Source: a virus
Lineage: Duplodnaviria; Caudoviricetes
Length of the DNA stretch: 47,094 nt
Virus record (IMG/VR): IMGVR_UViG_3300005601_000003
Span: 1 to 47,094 of that record
Direction: 5' to 3' (one strand)
The translations under genes and the position numbers were made by a program. Shown piece by piece: positions 1-9,400 of the stretch. Below the pieces are notes generated by a model, which saw only the letters and a program-made list of their open reading frames with translations, made no database searches and had not been told where the DNA came from. Within the stretch, counting starts at the first letter, position 1. The number at the start of each line of letters is the position of its first letter.

Positions 1-120
1 CGGTAAGAAAACCAGCGACATCGAAAAGCCAAAGCCGTTCCCCATTGGCCACTACCTGTGGACCATCGCTGGCTTTGAGATCGTCGAGTCCAGCCAGAAG
101 AAAACTCCCGGTGTACAGCT
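1..120. repeat. Terminal direct repeat, copy 1 (circular assembly overlap)
   Basis: Bases 1-120 are identical to 46975-47094. The repeat lies inside a gene, so it is most likely an assembly overlap of a circular or permuted genome. Confidence 0.95.
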
Positions 121-415
121 CGATTGCCGAATGACCGAACCACAAAGCGACGTTGATGAAGACGAACTCGCTGAGGTCAAGAACGCCAACGAGCGCAAGC
201 AACGGATGACCTTCTGGATCACCGAAGACAGCCTGTGGCGCTTGAAGGAATTCACTGAGGTCGTGGGCGTCGCCGATGACGACAAGACTCTGGAAGAAAT
301 CCTTCCCGAACTCACCGGCTGTTCCTTCATTGCTCCGATTGTTCATGAAGTCCCGCAGGGCTCCACTGACCCAATCGCCAAGATCAATGAAAACCAAGTG
401 ACCGCCGACAGTTAA
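1..415 (+). CDS. 3' part of putative ssDNA-binding protein (145 aa in total)
   Basis: In-frame continuation of the ORF from 46952. Acidic, with a PxPxGxY N-terminal motif and a FWITEDSLWRLKEF segment typical of SSBs found next to Sak4. Confidence 0.7.
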   Translation, partial: GKKTSDIEKPKPFPIGHYLWTIAGFEIVESSQKKTPGVQLDCRMTEPQSDVDEDELAEVKNANERKQRMTFWITEDSLWRLKEFTEVVGVADDDKTLEEILPELTGCSFIAPIVHEVPQGSTDPIAKINENQVTADS

Positions 416-435
416 TCTGCCGGCACAATGAATGG

Positions 436-463
436 AGGAGGAGGCTTTCGGGCCTCTTCTTTA
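436..463 (+). terminator. Probable intrinsic terminator
   Basis: AGGAGGAGGCT-TTCG-GGCCTCTTCTT hairpin with a short T tail, directly after the SSB gene. Confidence 0.6.
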
Positions 464-486
464 CTCAACATTAGGAGAAATTCCTC

Positions 487-786
487 ATGAACTCAACCGA
501 AGCACAAATGATGCCAAGCAACCCTGTTGCACCCAAACAAGAGTCCGAACTTGTTGTAATTCACAAACTTGCGGAGGAACTCTTTGAGCGGGCTCATGAA
601 GTTTGTGAAAGTCAAACTGATCTTCTTGCAAGACTTCGAGGGGCTCAACCCTCCGCAGTAGGCACGACAGAAAAGCAAGAAATTCCCGAAGGCTTGCTGA
701 CTGAAATTGTCTTTCAACTTCGCGCTTGCCGTTCTAAACTTCAACGTGCTGAGTCACAGCAGCAAGAACTTTACAACCATCTATAA
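487..786 (+). CDS. Hypothetical helical/coiled-coil protein
   Basis: 99-aa ORF with AGGAG RBS upstream. Confidence 0.75.
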   Translation: MNSTEAQMMPSNPVAPKQESELVVIHKLAEELFERAHEVCESQTDLLARLRGAQPSAVGTTEKQEIPEGLLTEIVFQLRACRSKLQRAESQQQELYNHL

Positions 787-790
787 CCTT

Positions 791-806
791 GGGGGCTTCG
801 GCCCCC
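791..806 (+). other. UUCG tetraloop hairpin
   Basis: GGGGGC-TTCG-GCCCCC between genes with no U-tract; may stabilise or punctuate the mRNA. Confidence 0.55.
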
Positions 807-821
807 TCACGGAGCACCCCC

Positions 822-2228
822 ATGCTAGAAACCAAAATCACTCTACTCGCAACCGCTGACATCCTCGAGCCCCCCGAACGCCAACGATTCAAACTTGACA
901 AGGATCACGCCAACGACCTTGCCCAGTCCATTGCCTCCAACGATCTCATCAACCCCATCATCGTGGATTCCGACTCCGGTGCCTACATCGCAGGCCAGCA
1001 TCGTCTTGAGGCTTTCCGGATCAACGAATTCCTCCAACGCCCTTGCCCCCGGCCCGAGTACATTGGCTGGACCCACATCCCGGTGCGACTTGGCTCCAAC
1101 CTCACTCCCGAGGACCTGACCGTCATCGAACTCATCGAGAACATCCACGCCAAGAAGATGGATTGGAAAGAGGTCGCATTGGCCGTGGAGAAACTCCAAT
1201 CCTTCCAGCCCGAAGGTGAAGCTACCCTCAAGCACGTTGCGGAACTCCTATCCTCCAACGAGATGCATGTAAGTAACTGCCTTCGTGCAGCCAAGTACAT
1301 TCACCAAAAAGATGAGCTTGTCCTCGCGGCCACTTCCCTCACCGGAGCCATGAACGTCATCGGGCGGAAGGAAGAGCGAACCCTCAACGAACTCAGCGAA
1401 ACAATCCGCACAGGCATCACGATCGACGATGTTGAGGACCAGTCTAGCGACTCACTCCTGAATTCACTTTCGGAGCGACCCACTGGTTCCCTCGAACGTG
1501 AGCCCGGTGAGAAGTGCGCGACCGAAGTCCGGATCAACCTCGACCGCTTCCAGGCCGTTGAAGCCGACTTCATCGAATGGGCCTCCACCTACAGCGGCCC
1601 CAGGTTCAACCTCATCCACTGCGATTTCCCCTACGGAATCAATTACGACAAGAGCGGGTTCGACTATGCAAAACACCACAACATCTATGGGGACTCCAAG
1701 GATTTATACTTCGCGCTTCTCGGCACTTTGGTCGATAGGGTGGAGACACTTTGCGCGACCTCTGCGCACCTTATTTTCTGGTACGACGCGAGGTACCGAG
1801 CTGAGACTATTGATCTGCTTTCATCCGCGGGTTTCACCGTCTGGCCGCACCACCTTATCTGGCACAAAAGTGACAACGCTGGAGTACTCGCTGATTACCG
1901 CAGGGGACCCCGCCATACTCATGAGACAGCTCTCTTCGCATCTCGGGGCGACCGCAAAATCGTCAAGCCTGTCGCAGACTCTTTTACTGCACCGACGACC
2001 CGCGACAGCGGCCACGTTAGTGAGAAGCCACTTGAGGTATTACGGCATTTTTACAACCTTGTGGTCGATGACACCACCAGAATACTCGATCCAACGGCAG
2101 GGAGCTTCAATAGCATACTGGCCGCCAAACAGGCAGGAGCACGGTCGGGTGTTGGCATTGAGCTTGACCGAGGATACGCTCAGCGCGGCAATAGAATCCT
2201 TATGGCTCCCGAAACTTCTGAGGAGTAA
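822..2228 (+). CDS. ParB-like domain fused to a beta-class (N6A/N4C) DNA methyltransferase
   Basis: ParB/Srx motifs at the N terminus (ERQR, LAQSI..LINPIIV, IAGQHRL, IELIEN). MTase motif IV variant DFPY precedes motif I variant LDPTAGSF..AA, followed by GIEL. GGAG RBS before ATG 822. Confidence 0.8.
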   Translation: MLETKITLLATADILEPPERQRFKLDKDHANDLAQSIASNDLINPIIVDSDSGAYIAGQHRLEAFRINEFLQRPCPRPEYIGWTHIPVRLGSNLTPEDLTVIELIENIHAKKMDWKEVALAVEKLQSFQPEGEATLKHVAELLSSNEMHVSNCLRAAKYIHQKDELVLAATSLTGAMNVIGRKEERTLNELSETIRTGITIDDVEDQSSDSLLNSLSERPTGSLEREPGEKCATEVRINLDRFQAVEADFIEWASTYSGPRFNLIHCDFPYGINYDKSGFDYAKHHNIYGDSKDLYFALLGTLVDRVETLCATSAHLIFWYDARYRAETIDLLSSAGFTVWPHHLIWHKSDNAGVLADYRRGPRHTHETALFASRGDRKIVKPVADSFTAPTTRDSGHVSEKPLEVLRHFYNLVVDDTTRILDPTAGSFNSILAAKQAGARSGVGIELDRGYAQRGNRILMAPETSEE

Positions 2229-2234
2229 ACGTCC

Positions 2235-3302
2235 ATGACCCTCCCCTACCATCCCAAACTCATCAAGCCAGTCGGTCCACCTGACGCCGAGCTTATGATA
2301 GTATCCCGCTACCCCGGTCAGAAGGACTTCCAGGCCGGGTATGCACTACAGGGCGGGAGCGCCATGCTCCTTCGTGAAGCCTGTGACGAGGTACAGTATG
2401 AACTCAAATCAACCTTCCGAACCAATGTCGTTCCTCACTTCCCTCCGCAAGGGAAAGTTGACCGATGGCTGGTTCCCAAGAAATCCATACCCGCCGAGTA
2501 CACCAACATCCTCGGCCCAATCCAGAAAAAGTTTTTCGATCCTGACATTCTCCCATTTGTTGCGGAGTTGCAAGAACACATCCGAATCCACCAACCCAAC
2601 TGCATCCTCGCCTTGGGTGCAGAGGTTAGTCGCATCCTTATTGGAAATGACAAGATCGGACAGTGCCGAGGCGCGGTTCACGATTGCCAACTTAACCCAG
2701 GTACTAAAGTCATACCCACTTATTCTCCCGGTGCCTGCTGGGCCAATTTTGCGCTTCAACCCATCTTCAAGGCCGATGTGCATAAAGCCATCCGCGAGTC
2801 TAAACATCCCGATGTCCGTACCACGGCTCGAACGATTTATGTTCCCGAGTCACTTTCAGACCTCGAAGAGTTTTGGAAATGTCACGGTAGCAATATTACC
2901 ACGGTGGACATTGAGACAGTACCTTCTCGACGCCAGATCACAGATGTGGGGATCGCAACCTCATCGAGCGTCGTGCTCACTATCCCAATACTTGACCGCA
3001 CTAAACCTGGATACCACTACTGGCAAGAGGCCGAGGACGAATTAGCTGTCTGGGAGTTCATCCGCCGAATTGTCGAGGACCCCAACATCCAGGTCCGGGG
3101 CCAAGGCTACCTCTACGATGCCACTTGGCTCTACGACCTCCTTGGCATTCGGAGCACCAACTACTACGGTGACAGCCTTGTCATCCACCACGCCCTTTAC
3201 CCGGAAGTCAGCAAGGACCTTGGTTTCCTAGCCTCCCTCTACTGCGAGGAAATCGCTTGGAAACAAATGGCCTCGTTCAAACAAGCTAAGAAGGATGGTT
3301 AA
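2235..3302 (+). CDS. Family-4 UDG-like domain fused to the N-terminal part of a DnaQ-like 3'-5' exonuclease (first half of split DNA polymerase)
   Basis: PVGPPDAELMIV..PG, TNVV, PNCILALG and VIPTYSP match the UDG-F4 fold. ExoI DIET and ExoII YLYDATWL are present, followed by KDLGFLASLY. Confidence 0.8.
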   Translation: MTLPYHPKLIKPVGPPDAELMIVSRYPGQKDFQAGYALQGGSAMLLREACDEVQYELKSTFRTNVVPHFPPQGKVDRWLVPKKSIPAEYTNILGPIQKKFFDPDILPFVAELQEHIRIHQPNCILALGAEVSRILIGNDKIGQCRGAVHDCQLNPGTKVIPTYSPGACWANFALQPIFKADVHKAIRESKHPDVRTTARTIYVPESLSDLEEFWKCHGSNITTVDIETVPSRRQITDVGIATSSSVVLTIPILDRTKPGYHYWQEAEDELAVWEFIRRIVEDPNIQVRGQGYLYDATWLYDLLGIRSTNYYGDSLVIHHALYPEVSKDLGFLASLYCEEIAWKQMASFKQAKKDG

Positions 3303-3305
3303 CCG

Positions 3306-4829
3306 ATGCTAATCTTAAACACAGCCGAAGTTGATTTTAAAAATCTCACTGAGCGAGAGTCCGACTTCATCTACAACGGCCTCGACTGTTGCGTGACGCA
3401 TGAACTCGTCGATACCCTTCGTCCGAAGTTCGATGCCGACACTCGCCAGATCCATGACTTCACCAGCGCCCTACAGGGTGTCTGCCTCGATATGTCCCTC
3501 ACCGGAATCCGGATTGACTATCGTCGCCGAGGCATCACCATCCGGGAAACCCAAGCCGAACTCGACACGGCCCAGAACCTCCTCGACACTTTGGCAGAGG
3601 CATTCTGGGGCCAGGGCCTCAATCCAAAGTCCCCCAAACAGTGCAACGATTTTTTCTACGGCTTTCTTCGCCTCCCGCCCAAGTACAAGCGCGGGAGCAA
3701 GAACCCGACCACCGATGATCAGGCCCTTGAGAAACTAAAGGTCTACTTCTACGCTCGCCCTTTCATCAGCCTGATCAAAACTTGCCGTGACCTCAAGAAA
3801 AAACTCGAGGCCCTTCACGCCCGCATCTCCGATGACGGCAGAATGCATGCTCAGTTCAAAGCAACCGGCACCGAGACCGGACGTTTCTCGTCGAGCAAGA
3901 ACGTCTATGGCGAAGGCGTTAATATGCAGAACCAGAACGAGTACGCCAAGCGAATGTACATCGCCGACCCTGGCTGCAAGTTTGCCTACATCGACCTTGA
4001 ACAAGCCGAGTCCCGGATGCTCGCTGCGTTCATCTACGCCCTGTTTGGAGACTCCTCCTACCTCGATGCCTGCGAGTCTGGCGACTTACATACCACCGTT
4101 TGCAAAATGATATGGACTGAGCTAGACTGGACCGGTGACGACAAGGCCGACAGGGCCATTGCCGACAAACCTTTCTATCGTCACTTCTCCCATCGAGATA
4201 TGTCAAAACGAGGCGGGCATGGCACAAATTATTATGGAAAAGCGCCTCACATGGCGACTCAACTCAATGTGCCTACGGAACTTATGCTCCGATTCCAAGC
4301 CAACTATTTCGAGGCGTTCCCGGGCATCCCTGAATATCATCAGTGGATTATCCAGACACTCCAGACCAGCCGGACTCTTATCAATCCCTTCGGGCGCAAA
4401 CGTATATTCTTTGGGCGATCTGATGATGACGCTACCCTCCGTGAGGCAATCGCCTACATGCCCCAATCCAGCATCGGCGATCTTATGAACCTAGGTATGC
4501 TCAAGGTCTGGATGAAATACCGAGCCCCGGTGAAACTTCTTGCACAAGTACATGACGCCATCCTCATCCAATACCCGGAAGAGATGGAAGACACCCTTAT
4601 CCCCGCACTTCTCGACCTGATCCCCCACCCCCTACGTGCTCGCGATCGTGAGGTTTGGATACCTTGCACCGCGGACGTAGGTTGGAACTGGTCCAAGAAC
4701 GACCCTAAGAAGAAGCTGTGGAACGATACTAACCCAGACGGCCTGAAGGAGTACAATGGGCATGACAGCAGACAACGTAGCGAAACTGTCCAAAAGGCGC
4801 ACGGATTGTTGGGTTCGGTCCTTTATTGA
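3306..4829 (+). CDS. polA: DNA polymerase family A (polymerase domain plus ExoIII motif)
   Basis: YNGLD (ExoIII), TETGRFSS, NMQN, motif A DLEQAESR, motif B RDMSKRGGHGTNY, motif C QVHDA. Confidence 0.95.
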   Translation: MLILNTAEVDFKNLTERESDFIYNGLDCCVTHELVDTLRPKFDADTRQIHDFTSALQGVCLDMSLTGIRIDYRRRGITIRETQAELDTAQNLLDTLAEAFWGQGLNPKSPKQCNDFFYGFLRLPPKYKRGSKNPTTDDQALEKLKVYFYARPFISLIKTCRDLKKKLEALHARISDDGRMHAQFKATGTETGRFSSSKNVYGEGVNMQNQNEYAKRMYIADPGCKFAYIDLEQAESRMLAAFIYALFGDSSYLDACESGDLHTTVCKMIWTELDWTGDDKADRAIADKPFYRHFSHRDMSKRGGHGTNYYGKAPHMATQLNVPTELMLRFQANYFEAFPGIPEYHQWIIQTLQTSRTLINPFGRKRIFFGRSDDDATLREAIAYMPQSSIGDLMNLGMLKVWMKYRAPVKLLAQVHDAILIQYPEEMEDTLIPALLDLIPHPLRARDREVWIPCTADVGWNWSKNDPKKKLWNDTNPDGLKEYNGHDSRQRSETVQKAHGLLGSVLY

Positions 4830-6054
4830 GTTTATGGATTCCGTTCCGACCCCGGAAATCTTCAAGACCTGGACAGGCATCGCCACGGTTTCCAGTGCGC
4901 TTGAACGTCGGGTTTGGCTGAACCTCTCCGGGGGTAAAATGTACCCCAATATGTTTGTGTTTCTTGTAGCCAATCCAGGCGTTGGTAAGGACCAAGCCCT
5001 GATGCCTGCACGAGAACTGTTGAGTGAGTCCAACGCGGTTAACTTGGCCCCCACCAGTATGAGTGGTAAGGGTATGGTCGATACTCTTGCGGACCCCAAG
5101 ATCATGAAGGAGTTCGATAACCCGGAAACCAAAACTAAAACGTTTTACCAAAGCATGACTATTTGTGTGCCGGAATTCGGAACCCTCCTATCCAAACACG
5201 ACCTGGAGTTCCTTTCCATTATCAACGATGCGTATAACTGTGGCCCGGAAATCCGGGAACGCTTGCGGTCGCAGAAGGAGGACCTCGTAATCCGCAACCC
5301 CCACATCAACATCATCGCTGGCACCCAGCCCCAATACATCTCGACCCTCTTCCCGGAGGAGGCGTGGGGCATGGGGTTCTTCGCTCGCACCATCATGATC
5401 TACCATGACAAGGCGATCAAGACAAACTTATTTGAGGGTGGAGTATTCGACGACGAAGGAGCCAAGCGTAAGCTCGAGCTAGACCTCGTCAAGGACCTCC
5501 GCAAGATCAACGAACTCCGTGGCCCGATGTCCGTATCCAAATCCACACAAAACCGAATCAACGAGTGGAATCTACAGGACAGTGAGGACGACAAACCCAC
5601 ACACCCTAAACTAATCCATTACAACACTCGACGGATCATGCACCTTCTCAAACTCTGCATGGTCTATGCCGCCTCACGCAACTCCATGACGATCGAGGAC
5701 GAAGATTGGGACCGGGCTATCACCACCCTTTACGAAGCCGAAGATCGGATGCCCGAGATCTTCAAGGAGATGTCAGGCACCGGCTCGAAACAAATCATCG
5801 ACCAGACATTCTACTACATCCTCAAATCCTACAACGCCAATGGAAAGAAACCTGTACCCGAGCACCGTGTAATCCAATTCCTCATCTCCCACGTACCGTC
5901 ACATCAGGTCCAGTACACCCTTGACACAATGGTACGAAGTGAGATCATTAAGGAATGGAAAGACCCCAAAGAGATCCCCGGCATGGATAGAGTCACCGGG
6001 ATCAAGCGTAGCCGATTCTTCATACCTCAGGGCTTGACCGCCCTAGACATTTAG
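4756..6054 (+). CDS. DUF3987/YfjI-like P-loop ATPase, putative replicative helicase
   Basis: Walker A ANPGVGKD, Walker B-like ICVPEFG, INIIAGTQP, GFFARTI, and an N-terminal SALERRVW segment. Confidence 0.7.
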   Translation: MGMTADNVAKLSKRRTDCWVRSFIEFMDSVPTPEIFKTWTGIATVSSALERRVWLNLSGGKMYPNMFVFLVANPGVGKDQALMPARELLSESNAVNLAPTSMSGKGMVDTLADPKIMKEFDNPETKTKTFYQSMTICVPEFGTLLSKHDLEFLSIINDAYNCGPEIRERLRSQKEDLVIRNPHINIIAGTQPQYISTLFPEEAWGMGFFARTIMIYHDKAIKTNLFEGGVFDDEGAKRKLELDLVKDLRKINELRGPMSVSKSTQNRINEWNLQDSEDDKPTHPKLIHYNTRRIMHLLKLCMVYAASRNSMTIEDEDWDRAITTLYEAEDRMPEIFKEMSGTGSKQIIDQTFYYILKSYNANGKKPVPEHRVIQFLISHVPSHQVQYTLDTMVRSEIIKEWKDPKEIPGMDRVTGIKRSRFFIPQGLTALDI

Positions 6055-6064
6055 GAGCACCATC

Positions 6065-6499
6065 ATGATCTATCTAACCCACCCGTTCGAAGGCGAGACA
6101 GAACAGCTACTCAACATGCGGGAACATTATGGAGCCTTCATGACGAAGAAAATCCAAGCCTACCTGCCGGATTGGCCTATATACAATTTCCCCCTCACGT
6201 GGAGGCTATTCAATCAGGAGATGGGCCACGCCTACACCGACAGGCAGACGATAGAAAAGGCGATGGAGTTTATAGCTAAGGCCGACGCCGCGATCATTAT
6301 AAACTTTCCCGGCCAGGACCTTTGCGAAAGAACCAATATGGAGCGGAAAACAATGCGGAGGCTGGACATCCCTATGGTCGAGCTACCCTTTGCTCAACAC
6401 CGTGCGGATCAGTTGATAAAACAAGACGCACTCTCGAGTGATCAAAAGCGCGCCCTGAACCTTCTTCGTGTCAACCTCCTTCAATCACAAGAGGTTTAA
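6065..6499 (+). CDS. Nucleoside 2-deoxyribosyltransferase-like (DUF1937/DUF4406-type) protein
   Basis: MIYLTHPF, FIAKADAAIII and TNMERKTMRRLDIPM follow the IY.A.P / CDAI / E...A...IP pattern. Confidence 0.55.
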   Translation: MIYLTHPFEGETEQLLNMREHYGAFMTKKIQAYLPDWPIYNFPLTWRLFNQEMGHAYTDRQTIEKAMEFIAKADAAIIINFPGQDLCERTNMERKTMRRLDIPMVELPFAQHRADQLIKQDALSSDQKRALNLLRVNLLQSQEV

Positions 6500-9400
6500 T
6501 TCCCTCATCCGGGCCTGCGTAGCCTTGTCAAACTGCGCTTCAATCAGCCCTTGATTCTGCCTCGATTGCCGAGCCTTAGCGCTACGCTGGATAGAGTCAA
6601 GGGGTACGCCCTCAACCGTCGCTCGCATCATCAGCCGCTGTACTTCTGAGAGATCACGAGCCTCATACATATTGGCAAGTTGTTGACCGTAATACCCAAC
6701 TCGCTCCCTCATCTTCTCTTGATCCCGCCAGAGTTCCCGGCTGATTTCAAACTGAGCCTCGACCTCTTTCGGATTCAAACTCGCACCCCACATCAACCTC
6801 TGTATAGGGGACATCCCCTTAACCATCACGTTGCCGGAGTTCAAACTCCGAATATCCGGTCCCGCCATAGCCTGCGACATTCGAATCAGGGTCTTCGGTG
6901 CGGTGGCATTGAGGAGTGCCCTTCGAGCCTCCGGATCAGTGATGAAATACTGCCCCTTATCCTCCATCGCATCCACCACTGGTCCAAAGGCATTCCCAAT
7001 TTTCTTGGCCTGATTCATGTGCGCAAACGAGAACATGCGGATAATATCGGCACCCGGATCAGCCAACGGAGCACTCACCGTACCCTGTATGGATGCCCCG
7101 AACAGCGACGGCAGGCCATAGTACACGGCATCAGCCATATTGATCCCTTCGGGGTCAGCACCGCCTTGCATCTCATAAAGGTTAAGCAACAGGCCCTCAT
7201 TGTTCATGGCCTTGCTAACGTCATCAGCAACCCCTATAAACGGCAATGCACCCACACCCCCAAGAGCACTAGTACCGCCCATCATCCATAGCATAGGCTT
7301 CCAGTTGCCGTACTTGGCGGCTTCACCCATGTACGAAAACATCCACCCGGTATAGTGGCTCATCCAGTTCTTGAACAGGCCAAACATCCCACCCAAGGGG
7401 CCGTTGAATATCTGCGCCCGGTCGCCCGCCGAATACATAAACTGAGTCTTTTCGGTAAAGTCCTTCGCCAGCCTATAGAGCAACTCCGGATCGGTCACCC
7501 CCATCACGTCCCGATAGAACACATGGCCCATTGCGAAGCTATGCCCCCTGGCGCCCCGTTCCGTAACCGCTGGCATAGTGTCCGCCACAGCACTCAGCAT
7601 CCGGCTAAAGGGTTCCTTACCTTCTAGTATCCCCTTAAACCGTTGCTTGTTTACAGCGGTCTGACCAACCCATTCATCGATGAATCGAGGATCGGTCACA
7701 CCCTCCTCAGCGGCCTTATGCAGGTTCTTCGTCAGCACTGCATCGGGATTCCCTAGTTCCTTAAACCCCTGACCTGCAATCTTCATCGTGTCGATGCTAC
7801 CCAACATCCGAGCTCCACGTTCCGAAAACACAGGCTGATAGGTGGTGTACTTACCAAGCCTCTCGGGGGCATTCAACGCCAGTGTATTGATCATCTGCAT
7901 CATCGGGAACGCAGTCTGGATGAATGTACCCATTGTTGCCACTGCATATCCCACATTGGCAAAGCCCAGGGCATAGCGATACAACAGCTTGTTGGCGGTT
8001 CCGACAATGCGGGATGCAGAGTTATTCCCCAACACGCCACTCAACACAGTATCAAATGCTTTGTTGACAGCCTGAGTAATCTCCCCCTCCTTCCCGTACA
8101 TCTTGCTCAGACGTTCCATGAGAGTTTCGTAGGCCTCGGGGTCATCCCACTGCAGATCATCATACTCCTTCTTGAACATACCACGAGTCGAGACCTCAGC
8201 CTCATACCTACGATACCGGCGACTGTGTTGGATCATCGAGCGGATGAAGTCATCGGCATCATATTCCACCTGATACCCTTCTACATCTTGACGCTCTTTG
8301 AACGTACCCGGTGTGCCAGCCTTCGACTTGCTCTTGTAAATCTGCTGCTGCTGCCGCATCGCTTCCTTAAAATCCAGGTCCCGATCCATCAAGTTCTGCA
8401 ACAGCTTCACATCCTGCATCTCGCTAGAGGTAATCGGTTCTGCCCTTCTCCAGCCCTGATTCTTCTTGAGCATCTCGTCGGCAATACTCATGGCTTCGGA
8501 CCTCGTATTACCGCCCGCTATATACACCATATTGCCCTTGGAATTATATACCGGTACTCGCCAATCCCCCTTCCAAGTCCGTGAGAGCATAAAGTGCCCT
8601 TGCCGGGGAACAAACAGATCGGCCTCGGGAATCTTGGCTGCCCGCTGAGCATTGATAATACTCTGGCTGAGCTTAGCGTCCTCTGCCTCAATCTTCTTGA
8701 GCAGCTGCACCCCACGTTCCGACAGCCCATATTTCTTAATCCCTGCTTGCCAGCCCTGACCGTCCTGAATCGTCTTGATAACCGAGTCCCACTCCTCTGG
8801 GTCCTCAGACAGCTTCCGGGCCCTGGAGGCAATGCTTCCATTATCCGCCCACTGCGGTCCGAAGAACGCCCCTTTGAGCTGACTTCCATCGACCCTCTTT
8901 GGCGCCCCAAGAATCGAACGTTGAGCGAGCTGCTCCCCTTTCTCCAACACCTCCTTAGTGATAATCCGGATTTTATTCGCCACAGGATTATCCGTGGTCT
9001 GGAGCTGGGCTGGAGCCATATACCTCCGGACAAATAACCCAGCCCTACGCATAGCTTCCCCCGAGCCCTCATAAGGCTTCAGCCCCATCTTCGCAGCGAA
9101 TTCCCTCGTGGTGGAGTTCAGGGCACCTTCCTTTGACTTCAGCCCACGCCAATCCACGAACGGCAAATCCTGCTGCATCTTTGCACCGAAATCATACAGT
9201 TCACTGCCGGAGTTCGGTTCAACCCGCCCTGTATCCCGGCCAAAGGTAGCCTTGGAGTGCCGCTCCATAATTCCTTTCCAAGCGGCCTCCTCCGGCATAA
9301 ACATATCCGGCTTATCCGTCTTGAACAACAGATGCTCCGTCGAGGACAGCTTCTTCGCAACTACAAACGTCTTTTCGCTCTCGAGCCAATCCCACCTCGT

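Noticed and set aside
1-120. 120-bp terminal repeat as true physical genome ends
   Set aside because: It falls in the middle of the SSB-like coding sequence, so an assembler overlap is the simpler explanation.
822-1400. ParB domain as evidence of a plasmid-prophage lifestyle
   Set aside because: No ParA, plasmid Rep, integrase or CI-like repressor was recognised, and the domain is fused to a methyltransferase.
1498-2238. 246-aa alternative-frame ORF inside the MTase, and similar Ser/Thr/Pro-rich ORFs such as 2341..3045
   Set aside because: These are expected shadows of C-ending codon bias, with no RBS or recognisable motifs.
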